Part shown: positions 27,101 to 41,500 of the stretch, one piece after another | Layout: each line of letters starts with the position of its first letter | Numbering within the stretch: the stretch's first letter is position 1 | Source of the DNA: Octopus bimaculoides | Taxonomy: Eukaryota | Length of the DNA stretch: 64,000 nucleotides | Assembly (NCBI RefSeq): GCF_001194135.2 | Contig: NC_068983.1 | Span: 162,472,103 to 162,536,102, forward strand | Direction of reading: 5' to 3' | The notes under the pieces: model-generated | The model's input: only the letters and a program-made list of their open reading frames with translations | Told to the model about the DNA's origin: nothing | The model's database searches: none | Made by a program: the position numbers and the translations under genes

Positions 27101-30100
27101 CCTTTGTGTGTTTTTGTGTCTTTGTCCCCTACCCCTGCTTGACAACCAGTGTTGTTGTGTTCATGTCACTATAACTTAGCAGTTTGACAAAAGTGACTGA
27201 TAGAATAAGTAACAGGCTTAAAAAATAAGTACTGGAATCGATTCATTTGACTAAAAGATTCTTCAAGGTGGTGCCCAAGCGTGGCCGTAGTCTAATGACT
27301 GCAACAGGATAAAAGATAGTAAGACACACCAATAGAAAGTTATTTATTCTGAATAGCCAAACATACATCTAGTTCAAATTACAACACCCACAGACCCTAA
27401 TGCTAAATTTATTGTTTATAATAAATGAAATTTACAGATCTTATAAATATCAACATTATATATATAAAATAACAAAACAAAGAAATATTTCTTCAATTTA
27501 CTTCACTGAAAAAAATCATTCTTAGGTTTTCTCAACCTCTAACATACAGGGTGTCCACAAAGTCTGGGTACACGGAGTAAATAAAATCGTAACATAAACA
27601 ATTAAATATAAGAAATAATAATTTCTTAAAGTATGTGTTAATCCCCGTGTACCCAGACTTTGTGGACACCCTGGATATACTGTTATTGTTCATACATAAG
27701 ATAAAAATTAACTTAAGCTCTGAGATCAGCACAAAAAATAACTTGAATCACTTCAATAAATAATAATGAGTTTTCTACGGATACATTTCTAGTGCATCAT
27801 CTAATGTGGCTCGGTCATCAAGCATCTTCAGTTTGTTTTGTGAGAGGCTGACAGACTCTGCTCTTAATTTAAGTTGTGAAATCTGATCTTTTAATTAAAG
27901 AATTTAGCTTTGATTATCAGATTTGCTTATGCCAGAATAACCTTGTGTAGATTGTATAATCAATAATTTTTTTCCACCTTTTTCTATTATAATTTTGATC
28001 TTTAAGCACTGCCATGATTTTTATATTTAAGACTGAAGCGAACTTCGCCAACTGCATACTGTGATTGTTGGGAAAAATGTAAATGTAAAGCTTTGATTGC
28101 TGGCAACCCAACTGCACGGCTTGAATTGTTAAATCGACTTCTATCAGAAACTGAATTAGTAACTCTACCAAACAGCAGGTAAATACACTTCAGTTTCTTG
28201 AATTTTATTAAATTTTCAATAATTATGTTACATAATTTTGATTTTGAGCAAGTATTTAACTTATAGAATATTTCTTTATTCTTGTTAAATTCTTTATTTT
28301 TGGAGTTGTGCTGCTGGACTTTAAGTTAATGTAACTCTTTATTTGTAGAGGAGAGAACATTCTGTTGTTTCTTGTCCAAACAGTTGGACGCCAACTGATT
28401 GAACAGCGATCTTGCCGACCCCCAAGAGCTAGAATGGGAGGTCCTAGAAAAAACCCCGTTTCTGAGATTGGTTAGTATCTTTTCTGACTTTGCATTGTCT
28501 GGATTTTTTTTTTTTGGCTTCTTTCTTGTTGTCGTTATTTGAACTTATTTGTATTTTTCTTTCAATAATGTGAATGATGTAGCTGATATTGAAATGCCAG
28601 AACATGATTTAGAGCCACCACGCTTCAGTAGACAAGCTTTGGAAAAAATTCTTGAAAATTGGACTGCTGTAAAAGCCATGCTGCTCTGTGGTAGAAAGGA
28701 ACACTTATCCAGGTAATTAGTTATCACCTATATCCCTATCTCTTTTTTTGTTTTTTATATTTTATTTTACTATAATAACTGGAAGTAGATTTTGGCTACT
28801 TGCGACCCCAGTACCTGAATAGATTCCGAGATTCTGTACATCGTTGAAAAGAGATTCGGCTGTATTCACACTGCTGGATGTCTGTTACTGATGAACCCAT
28901 AGCAGGGTGAAATCATGTGCTCTGGCTGTTTCAGCAATTGTAGCTGATGATTCTCTTGTCTGTTAATGATATAATTTTGAGTGCTTTTATACCCCATGAG
29001 TCCTTATGAGAGATTCTAACATGGTAAATAATGCAGTAATCTGTGTTCTAATCCAGCCACCACATAAAGTTGGAGATTAAGATTACCTTTTCATATTAAC
29101 ACTGCTTCAGTCACTATCAATTATTTTGGAAGTAGATTAGTTTTAAGATACAAATGATGTCTGCTGTGAAAAGTAAGGCTTTTGATTCTCTGATTTTTAT
29201 TTATTCCTTCATCAACTGACATCAGAAAGCCTAAAGCAGAATGGTCTCATCCAAATGCTTGCGGGGTCAAAGAAGCACCAAATAATGTCTTGTTATTCTT
29301 GTAATATATCTAAGGTCTGCTAGAAACCATCTCAGAGATTTGAACTCTGTACTCCAGATTAATGAAATGTTTGTCACTGCTGCAGCCAAGTAATAAATTT
29401 CTTGTAATAAATACACTTGTGTCCTGCATCCAGTAAGTTGACACCATCTCATCTTGCTCGTCCGTAACCCTTAAAACTATGAACCTATATTTTCTGTTCG
29501 TTAGAACTATTTGGATTTGTCAAAACAATCATCAAAAAAATGTAAAAGATTTCTAAATTCAAATAATTCCTCTTTATTATCTTCTCTATAGAAAGTGGAA
29601 TTTGTGTTTGTTTAACCATTTTGTTACCATAATTCTGTTGAAATGTGCCATCTTTGATCAGTTAATTTTGAAAATAATGAAGAATTTAGTAAAATAACCT
29701 TTTCGTTATTAAACTAGTATCTAAAACAAAATAAAAAATAAAAAGCATGAAATTTTGATGGTAGGTTCTAATTTAGATCAATTTAGGAAGTTTGTATCCA
29801 GGGGCAGTTTTAGGTGGGTTAGTAACAAAAGAGTTAAGCTAAATGAGAAAAACAAAATTGAGGATTATATTGTCACACACACACACACACATTGCGACTT
29901 AAGAATTTATATTTATCTTAAAACTGCTCTATAGAGCAACTTTTAACATTGTTTTCTGACATAGGTTTTTTTCTTTTCACATTGGCACTGGTCACAAATT
30001 TGTAGACATGAAATGCAGCCAACTGAATCAATTGTAGTATAAGTTTTGAGGTAAACAAAAGGCGGAATTGTCCTTAGAATGTGTAAATGACACAACGAAT

Positions 30101-33100
30101 ACTGTTAAATTATTCTATGTTTCTGTGTCTGCATTGTTTTTAGAAAATATAAAATATTAATAGGGAATCATACAAATATTGTTTGTCTTAACAATTTCGT
30201 TTTTCACTTCAATGTCACGTGTATTCTTTGCAGCCCCGATATCCTGTATGAAGAACAGGTGTATTTAGAGAGTCAAGGAGGAACTGCTAGACTTGATAAA
30301 TTCACACACTGTTTATTACTCAAATGCACAGGTGTTGATGTAAGTAAACATTTTCTTTTTGTAGAGCAGCTCACAAAGCAAACCCCAGTTAAAAAAAGAA
30401 AAAAAAAAGGATAATAATGAAAATTTAATTAAACCAATATTTAAATTTCTATTTTTACCTGTCAAGATTTTCCAGGTTGTTGTTTTCGTTTCCTCTGCCC
30501 CTCATCTTGACCCCCCCCCCCAAAAAAAAGAACAATCAATATCACAGTTTTAATCCTTTAGCATTCAAATTATTCTGTCAAATGTAATGCTTATTTATTC
30601 ACATTATTTTGAGCTAATCACGAATTATGTTGTAGCTTTGAGATTTCTATGATGTGATTGTTTACTTTTACAATGACATTGTAGGGTAGGTGTAAGAGGT
30701 CAGATCTGGCTGGTTTAAACATAAAACAGAATATTTCAGTTGGATATGGCCAGTTTAAATGCTAAAGGGTTACATAAAGGAAATATTCTTTTCTACTCTT
30801 GGCACAAGGCCCGAAATTTTTTGCAGGATGGGGCCAGTTGATTAGATCGATGCCAGTATGCAGCTGGTACTTAATTTATCGACCCTGTAAGGCAAAGTCA
30901 ACTTCGGTTGGATTTGAACCCCAGAACGTAAAGACAAATGAAATATCGCTAAGCATTTTGCCTAGCGTGCTAATGTTTCTGCCAGAAATATTGCACTGAC
31001 TGGCCAGGAGAATGGTGAAAAGCCAGCAGTGTGACTAGAAGAGTGTTGAAAACTCAACAACTCCTGACAGTAATCTTGAAATTCCTGTACTGAAATTAAA
31101 AAAGAAAAAAAAGGGTTGGGTTACCTGAACACCCGACTAGTCTAAGATAGGATTAAGTTTTACTGTTGTATTCATATTTCAATATTACTGATTAATGTTT
31201 CTTTCATAAATATTATTATTCTGCTATGATAATGATGTTTAATTAATACTTTAACAAACTTTAGTATTACTGCTATTTAGCCCTAGGAAGCTGCACCGCT
31301 TCCTGTCGGCCATGACACATTTCCTGTGTCCTTATGTTTACGACGGGGAGACAAGTACCCCCACCCAGCCAAGCCTGCATCCAGGGACATGTTTGAGTTT
31401 TTGCTCATCATCAGCCTGACTTGGTGGCAGAAGATGCCTGTCAAGCTCTTGTAAACATATAATAATTCTAGTGAAACACATTCACTGATTACAAAAATTA
31501 GAAATGATACATTTCTAAATCTCTCAGAGAGGCTTGGCTGGGTGGGGGTGCTTGTCTCCCCCTCGTAAACATAAGGACACAGGAAATGTGTCAAGGCCGA
31601 CAGGAAGCGGTCCTGCTTCCTAGGGCTAAATAGCAGTAGTATAATTCCCTTCTTGGGGCTGTCACATTAAGTTGATAGCATACAACTACTTTATCGCATC
31701 ACCACTGCTTAAGTCTCTCTGAGAGATTTAGAAATGTATCATTTCAAACTTTGATATGTTCTGCCCGTAAGGCGGTGAACTGGTACAATCAGTAATATGC
31801 TGGGTAAAATGCTTACTGGCATTTTGTCCAGCTCATTACATTCTGAGATCAAATGTTACCAAGGTTAACTTTGCCTTTCATACATTCGAGGGCCAATAAA
31901 ATAAATCCCAATTGAGCACTGGGGCTGATGTAGTTAACTTTCCCCCTCACTCCAAATTGCTGGCCTTGTGCCAAAATGTGTAGCCAATATTGATGATTGT
32001 TTCCTTAAAAAAGACCTAGATTAAGATAATCTTCTCTTGTACAGATGCTGGACACGTTATTGACAACATTGATCCGAGAAATTCAGAACAATAATGTTGA
32101 AGGTAGAAAAACTGAGGCTAAACTTGTTGCAAGACGATTTCTGCGATCAGTGGCTCGCATCTTTGTAGTTTTGAATGTTGAAATGGTGCCATTATCTGGG
32201 AAAAGAAGAAGGTAACATGGTTTTTTTTTTTATATATGTTTTTGAATTTATATGTCATTGACTGGCTGGCTTCCATGCCGGTGGCAAGTAAAAAGCACCA
32301 TCTGATCGTGGTTGATGTCAGCCCCCTCTAGCCCCTATGCCAGTGGCATGTAAAAAAGCACCCACTACACTCTCAGAGTGGTTGGCGTTAGGAAGGGCAT
32401 CCAGCTGTAGAAACATTGCCAGACCAGATTGGAGCCTGGTGCAGCCTCCTGGCTTCCCAGACCCCAGTCAAACCGTCCAACCCATGCCAGCATGGAAGAC
32501 GGATGTTAAATGATGATGATATATTTGTGTTTGAGAAAGAAAGGATGTTGGCACAATGTACATAATTCTGATTGCTTCAGGAGGCCAACACATTGGTTAG
32601 TAAAGTTTGAACTCTCAATCATGTGGTTAGTAGTTCACAACCTTAACTTCAGTCCCACTGTGTAACACCTCGGGGCAATTATCTTTAACTTTATTTTTGG
32701 CTGGCCAAAGAGCCTTATTAGTAGATTTAGTTGTTGGAAACTGTGTGGAAGCCTATCCTGTGTATATATATATATTTTTTTTACATTTGTGCTTTACATT
32801 TCTCTGAAAATCATTGGGCTCCACACAGTGATGTTGTAGCCATTTCCTTCGTCAAGAAATCCATTGACTTGGGGCCTTCAAAGACGTGTGGAATAAGATA
32901 TCCCTTATGTAAAAAACAGATAAGGGTTAGTGACAGGAAAGGCATCTGGATGTAAATCTGTGCCTCAATAATATATTCATCTAACCCATACTAGCATGGA
33001 AAAATGGATATAAACTCAGTGAATTAACTTGATAGGTTCTTTTGTTCCTTTATAAAAATTTTGTTAATAAAATCGTGTTGGGGTAGGACTTCCTTTCTTC

Positions 33101-33942
33101 GCTGTGTGCCTTCATTTACAAGAAATGTCTGTTGTACATTGTTTGATTTTAATGTTATTTGTATTTTAATGTTATTACAGTTTTATATTTAAGAGACGAG
33201 GAATTATGTACATTATTTACATTTGACAGATATTTGCCCTTATCTTGTTTGTTGTTAACATGTTTCGACTGATATACTCTCCAGCCTTCATCAGGTGTCT
33301 TGGGGAAATTTCGAACCTGGGTTTTCATACCTAAGGTATTTTTCAATGTTATTATTATTATTATTCAGGTCACTGCCTGGAATCGAACTCAAAATCTTGG
33401 GGTTAGTAGCCCGTAGGCATAGGAATGAGAACCCAGGTTCGAAATTTCCCCAAGACACCTGATGAAGGCAGGAGGGTATATCAGCCGAAACGTTGTTAAC
33501 AACAAACAAGATGGGGACAAATATCCGTCAAATGTAAATAATGTTTAATGCTATTGTTTGTATTTTCTGTTGCTATAGCACTGGTACCATCCCTTGTCAA
33601 GCAATTTACAAATGTAAACGTGCATTTCAAGCTCTTATTACAATTGCCATTGAAGAACTATGTGAGATAGCTAACTCATTGATTGCACCTGTCCGTATGG
33701 GTGTGGCTCGCCCAACAGCTCCCTTTAATCAGCTAAGTGCTAGCATTGAAGCAATACAGGTGTGTATTTGTTTTCATAATATTTCTATTTCCTCTGTCAT
33801 TCACTCACACTTTATAATTCAATTTCTATCACTTTTTTTTTATTATTAAATCAGTGTTTAAACAAGGGTACATTCAACCTATTAGTGTTCTAATATAACA
33901 AACAATATTTGCTGTATTTTTTTCTAATATGGAGGGTAAATA

Positions 33943-33980
<38 letters not shown>

Positions 33981-35657
33981 TTTATTTGTAAAGCACCCAG
34001 CACACTCTATAAAGTGTAGGGAGGGTATCAACTATAGAAACCATACCAAAACAAATGACTGGAACCCGCTGAAGCCTGGTGCAGCCCTCCGGCCTTGTCA
34101 GCTCCTGTCAAACCATCCAACCCATGCCAGCATGGAAAATGGACGTTAAATGATGAAATATCAATTTAATTATTCTCAACACTCTTCATGTCCTTATAAG
34201 CTCACCATGTTAATAATAGGCAAATCAGTTGAGGCATTACAATGCTTTAGAATTTGGTTTGTATTTATCATCACACCTTGTTCAATGAAATCTCTGAAAC
34301 AACACCTAAAAATAATTGGAAGTTGAGCCAATGGAAACCAAGTGTAAAATACAGAAGTAAGGTTGGTGAGTTTATTCATCAAGGAAAAAGCTCTGATTAA
34401 AATCAGTTGTTAATTAGATGGGAATTTGTAGAAGGAGCAATGTATAGTTTTTCAAGACATTTGATTTTATATATCTTTGACTCTTCACCCTCTCTATTCC
34501 ATGTTTCTTTTGTAGGGAAGTGAGGAAATCTTCAGTGTGGACCCATTACCACCAAGGCCTTCATCTGCTGATCATGACTCTCAACCTATGGCATACATCC
34601 CTCGTAGTGGTTCCCCGCAGCCTATGGAACAAGGAGAAAGAGCTAGAGAACGAGATGAGGATGAAATGATATCAGGAGATGTAGAAGAGGTAAAGACACG
34701 ACCCTTATTTTTCAAAATGCATTTTCCCTCCTTATTTTTAAGACCTTAAGCCTGAATTATGTTTCTTGCTCGATGGGGCTGAGGTCATCCCATGTTAGCA
34801 GATACACGGGTGCCATCGTACTTAGAGCTAACCAGGACCACTAGTGTCTCCAATCACTGGCAGTCCTGTGTGCTAGCCCTTCTGCATCTGCCAATGTGAT
34901 GTCAAGCCTCTGGTGAAGGTAGCCTACCATGGGGCCACTTCTATCCTGCAGCTGCTGCGTTGAAGAAGAGTAAGGCTCTGGTCGAAGGATCTGAATTATG
35001 TCCTAATTTCTTAAACCAATTAAAATGTTTTGTGCACTGACCCTGAGATAACTGGGGTATAGACTATGGAAGTTTCCTGACGGAGAGAATTGTTTAAATC
35101 TACTTTTCTCTGCAATATTCCTGATGTGTGAACATGCTCCAGGTCAAGTAATTAGTGAAAGGGAACCAGTTTTTAAAACCAGATTAAATAACATGAGGTA
35201 GCCCTTACCAAATGGACATAACATTGTTTTCATCCATGCTACTCAGCTAATTTACCAGATATTTATGTCAAATAAATAGTTTTTTTTTATTTATTACATT
35301 AAAACATGCTATTTGCTCAAATGAACAAAATGAATTAATTCATCCAACTTCTTCAGGTTTACGATTCTAAATATCTATTTTTTCCAAATGACAGAAAAGA
35401 AATCTTCATAAACATACATAATTATTTATTTATTAATTACCTTTTAGTCTCTCTCGCACACACAGAATTGAAGTTTGTTTAAAATGTTTCTTCATTGCAG
35501 GTTGAAGTAGTTGAAGGCTTAGTAGGTGATGAAGATCAGTCGGATCGACATTCTGAGCGAGAAGAGGAGCACCAATCTGATCACTCGGACCAAGAACAAC
35601 CACAGCAGGAACCAGATGAAGGTACGGATTATTTCCTCTTCATACTTCCTCTCTCTT

Positions 35658-35706
<49 letters not shown>

Positions 35707-38534
35707 ATGTAATATACTGGGTGTTTGGATTAAATTTGACAATTTACATAAAATGAAAAGAAAGCAGGATATCCTCTCCAAAAAGAAAAATTTTTAAAGA
35801 AAAATCAAGAAATATCAACTAAATTATGGCTGGGAGATGGTTTACTCAAAAGAGCCACCCTTAGCTTCTCAAAATAGTTCCAAAACCCAGTGAATGTATT
35901 CCTCGTGTTTCTGGGAACATCTTTGACTTCCCCCTTGATCTTGGCCACTCAACCACGCCCTACATATATTAATCCATGGGATTACAATCGATAGGATTAA
36001 GGGGCCAGAAATTGGGGCAGGTAAAGTCATAGAAATTTTCCGACAACCACTTCTGACTCTTTCCAGAAGAATGGCAAGGAACCAGATCCTGCTGCCACAC
36101 ATATTGCCTTTCAGCAGCAACCCTCTCCAGCCAGTCTGCAGCAGCTTCACATAACCATCTGAATTTAGCCTAAGGCCCTGTTCAAAGTCTGAACCACTGA
36201 TGTGTCCCTTCTTGTTGGCCATGGCTTTGTAGTTCCCATTGTCATGTCTTACAGCTTTTGCAGTGTTCTTTTGTTACCTGCAGAATAAAAAAAGAAAACC
36301 ACTTTCAAATATTAATGTCTAGAGAACTAACATTGAACTGTGTATGTAAGACTAAAACTCACCTGAAATTAATGTTTACTTCACTGTACTTATTAAAGTT
36401 CTTATTTTCTTTGACAGCTGGTGGTGAAAGTGATATGGATTTAGACCTTCTGGCTGAATCTGAAAGTGATAGTGAGAGCAGTCACAGCAATCAAGACAAC
36501 ACAAGTATCCAACGTAGTGCTGTGACTGTAGCCACTGCTGGATCTGATGCAGGTGAGACTCTTCATCTGATATTTCTCACATTTCATCCTCATCCCCTGA
36601 CAATTTTTATCCACATTTCATCCCCCAACACCCAAAAAGCACTGGTGCTGGTGCCATGTAAAAAGCACTCACTGCACTTTGAAAAGTGGTTGGCATTAAG
36701 AAGGGCATGGTTGATGCCACTGCCACACGAGTGTGGCTGAAACCAGTGCCACATGACTGGCGCTTGTACCGGTGACACATAGAAAGCACCATTAGCCAAT
36801 ACCACTGCTGCCTGACTGGCATGTAAAAAACATCATTCTAGCGTGGCTGATGCTGGTGGCACATAAAAGCACCCACTACACTCTGAGTGGTTGGCATTAG
36901 GAAGGGCATCCAACTGTAGAAACCATGCCAAATCAGATTGGAGCCTGGTACAGCCTCCAGTCCTCAGTCAAACTGTTCAATTCATGCCAGCATGGAAAAC
37001 GGATGTTAAACAATGATGATGATCCAGCTGTAGAAAGCATTCCAAAACAGATAATGGAGCCTGGTGCAGCTCCTCTCCTTGCCAGCCCTGGTCAAACAGT
37101 CCAACCCATGCCAGCATGGAAAGCAGATGTTAAACAATGAGGATTTCTTTCTTGCATTACAGTATTACTGCTGCTGTTGTTGCTCTGTCTTTACTGCTTC
37201 CTTACATTTTCTGTTAATTTGTTATGAATGCAATTAAATGCAAAGGACTTGGTTTATATTTTCATCACAAAACTTCATATTAAAGGTTATAAACTCCTCC
37301 CCTCTCCTTTTTTTTTTTTTTTTTTTTTTTGAAATGCCCAATAATGTAAGTGGTTGATTAAATGAAAATACAAAAATCGTCAATCAATTAGTAATGTGCT
37401 TTTTTTTATTTGTGTTTCAGGTCTTGGAAGTTTGGCTTATTTTTCTGAGGATTCAGGTGAATCATCTACCCAAGATGATGATGATGATGAAAGTGAAGCT
37501 GCTGAAAGTGAAGAGCCAGATGCTGATGAGTTACCTTATCCTGATGAACAATTAGAACGTCGTAGCAATGCTGGTTCCCATGGGCAAAGGACTTTACAAG
37601 CCCCTCAAACCATGCAATGGGCCATTCGTCAACGAGAACCTCCAGCTAACCGAACTCAAACAAGTACTGGCAATACATCCACAACAGGTATAGAGTGAAA
37701 GCTAACTTAATTTTCATTTTATTAAACTTCTCCACAATATTTTCTTGAGTCACTGTAAAAACTGTTGGATTTCACTGTTTTAATCCTTTAATATGTTGCC
37801 GTAGCCACAGGGGGTCAGTGTCTTCCATTACAATGTATAGCTGTGTTACCTTGTACGTCAGCACAAAATACTGACTCTAGGCATGAAGTGATTAACGAGA
37901 TATGTTTTAATAAGCCAACATAATAATAATTTTCCTGTTATCTTTTCATCTCTACAATAAAAATGTTGACATTATATAAAACAATGCAGATGACTAGAAA
38001 TGTTTCTAATCTTGACTAAAAATGGTAATTATACATACAAAATGATATTGAGGTAAAGTGACCATTATAAGCTCCAACTTGTGGAGTTTGGCTTTTATCA
38101 AAAATCTTTATTCAAGACATAGTGTGCTGTCTACAATATGAGTGGATACTTTTGCAGTGAGATAAATAAAATAGACTAATATTTTAGCAATATGATTTCT
38201 TCATTAAAACTTAAATTATATGTTAGAGAATCATCTCCCGCTACGGCAGTGTCAACTGGCTTTCACTTTCCTCGGACTTGACTAGCGCAGATTTTTTCTT
38301 GTGGGGATACCTGAAAGAGAGGGGTTACGTCAAATGGCTGCCATTTAAGCGATGTCATTTTTCACATGTGATGTAGTGGCATTGCAAAATTTTGACTTGT
38401 GCACATTGATTTCTATTAACTCCTTTGTATTGTATCAAAGTTTCATGCATTTATCTGTCGAGTTAAGGAAGTTATTAGAAATTGAAACCCATCAGGGACT
38501 TTTGGGACACCGTGTATATGTATGTGTGTATGTA

Positions 38535-38566
<32 letters not shown>

Positions 38567-41500
38567 TTCAAAAGGTGCATAGTTTAGTGGTTAGTGTTGG
38601 GCTTTTAATCATGAGGTTGTGAGTTTGATTCCCGACCCGGGCTGTATGTTGTTTTCTTGAGCAAGACACTTTATTTCACATTACTACAGCTTAGTCAGTT
38701 GTAGCAAGGAGTTACGATGTCACTGGTGCCAAGCTGTATCAACCTTTGCTTTTCCCTTGGACAACATTGGTTGTGTGGAATGGTGGGAAGGCTGGTATGC
38801 ATAGGTGACAGTTGGTCTCCCACAAACAACCTTTCCTGGACTTGTGCCTTGGAGGGGAACTTTCTAGGTGTAACTCCATGGTTTTGACCAAAGGAGGCCA
38901 TATATATACATATATATATATATATGTATATATGTATATATATCTTAGAAACGTTAGCACATTAGTTGTGTGAAAATGTTGGCCATTTTTTGGAAATGGG
39001 AATTCATGACAGTTTTATAAGCAAGTTTACACTTGTGAGGGAATCACGTTGTGGCACAGAGATGTCTAAAAAGCAATTTAATTGTCCTGTTTCTCTGATC
39101 TTGATGTTTCTTAGGAACTTTACTTAATGCAGGTGGTAGTGGGTTGATATACATCGACCCATCTACATTCCGCCGTACTTCCACTGTTACGACAAGCACC
39201 AGTGCCAGTCAAGAAAGTGTTGTTACCATGGCTACAACAGCAAGTCAGCTGGCACGAGCATTTGGCATTGTAGTACGTCAGATTGCTGATTTGATGGCTA
39301 TGTTGCAAGACTACCACACTTTGGCTCCGAATCTCCGAAGAATATTGGAAATCACTGAGCAAGATGCTCTTGAACAACAGGTAGTTAACCTTCATTTCTT
39401 TCTTTCAACATTTTTCGCTTAGCATTTGCCAGCTTTTAATCAACTTTTTCGTTTCCATCATAACAAAAGATTTCAGAGTGATTTTATAAGTTTGATGTCT
39501 TTTCTAATAATACTTCTATTCTAATGAGATTAATCAAGAATTGGAATTGATTTAGCAAACTAATTAACTTCATTAAGCTGATGCGGCAAACATGTCTGAA
39601 CAAACAGAGTTTGAAGTTATTTGGGAAGATTTGAAAATTAAATTTTAAAAGATATTTTAGTTTTAATTTTGATTGAAGATTGAATTTCAATTTGAGTTTT
39701 AAAAATATTTTTTTAGTTTATTCCTTTCCAGTTCTATTTTATAGCAGTTTCTTAATTTCATCAATTTGAAATATCAAAACTAATTTTCACTGTTCTAATG
39801 TCTTTACAGAATTACTTTCATTTAGTAAATGTGAATAATTGTTTTATATTTTTGTTAGAATTATTTAAATCGTCATCTGAAACCAACATGGGATTGGCTG
39901 ATTACAGTTATGGATTCTACAGAAGCCCAGCTTCGGTTTGGTTCTGCTCTTAGCAACAGTACAGACCCTGCTAGTCCAAGTCACCCACTACATTCAAATT
40001 ATGTCCGAAACTTGCGCGAGAGATCTAATCGAGAAGAGCAGAGAGTTTCCCAAGTTTTGGATAACCGACGAAGAACACGTTTTGGAACATTAGGTATAGC
40101 ATTCTGTTTATTGATCCAATTCCTGTAAAGTTGGTAAAATAACTGTCTCGAAATTTCATATCCACTGTCGGTCAATTGGTCCGGCAGTGTTTTAAATCTG
40201 GGTTGTGTCCCCATTAACCTGGGTGACCAGATCTACCTCAATGCCATAGCAATTGCCCTCACACCATCTCTCCCTGTTTTGGGCGTCCTCCCTCCTCAAG
40301 CCAACCCTCTCAATTTCCTCCTCCACCTGTCTCCTTCACGTTTTCCTCAGTCTACCTCGCTTTCTCGGTTCATTTGCCTCCAACTCAAGCACCCTCCTCA
40401 GAACAAGCTCCTCATCCCTCCTCAACACATGCCCATACTACCACATTCCATTCGCCCTTGCCAACCATTCCACCGATTCCTCCAACCCCAGCATCCTCAT
40501 CAAGTCAACAGTCCTCTCATCAAACAGCTTCATCCCACACATTTCTCTCACCCTTGCTCTTTCAGTCCTTCTCAAAATTGCCATCTCTCTGTATTTTCAG
40601 CAAATAGTCATATGGAAAAAAATTGTTAATTGTTGGGAAAATACAAAGTCTTTAGCTTATAAAGTGTGTAGGACATCACTATTTCGATAAATTTATCAGT
40701 GAAAAAAAATATAAACTGTTGTAGTTTGCTTCTCTTTAATAAGACAGCATAATTAACATTTTTGCTTTCTTAGGAAAGTCCTCCCTGTCCCTCCTCCTTC
40801 AGTAAAGTTGATATTTTCATTTAATGTAATGCAACGTTTAACATAGCCTAGATTCCTGATCATATTGTACCGATAACACCCAGTTATATTGAAATAGCAA
40901 CTATATATGAATGTTAAGGGCTTTATGATCAAAAGAAAGATTGAAAGAAAATGTAATCAAATAAATGCATAAAAATCATACACTTCTTTCATTTCACTGA
41001 TGGAAAAAAAAAAAAAAAAAGATATGGTTTCCTGGTAAGATGGTTCTCTTGCTTACCATAGAGATGATTGACCAATCACCTGTTTAGTATAAGTTTGTAT
41101 ATTTATTTGTATCACTATGGTACATCTATGTGCTCCCACATCTTTGACAAGGTTTAAATTAGAAATATTTCATTTCATGTGTCATTTTTCCTAAATCAAT
41201 TGTTTGCACCAGCATCATAAAAATGGTTTATTTAACATAACGGGAAGGAAATGAACCCACTTTTGATTTAAATGTATTGATGCAAAAATATATTTTACTT
41301 AAAAAAAACCAAAAACAAAGAAACCTTTGCTTGTCCAAAGCGTTTTCAGAAATGTGTCCTAAATGTCCATGATGGTTTTCAGACTCCCAGTTAGCCTTTG
41401 TTTCATATGTTCTGTAGTGCTTTTATTCCCAAGTTACTCTGGTCATTAAAATATGTCTCATGCATGGACACCAGAAAAATGTCCAGTGCATCACCTGTAA

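Noticed and set aside
33370-33414. tRNA gene (anticodon-like loop CT-ACT-AA plus T-loop)
   Set aside because: No D arm or acceptor stem; treated as the tRNA-derived head of a repeat, not a functional tRNA.
40253-40690. 145-aa and 116-aa plus-strand ORFs
   Set aside because: Antisense frames of the RTE LINE fragment.
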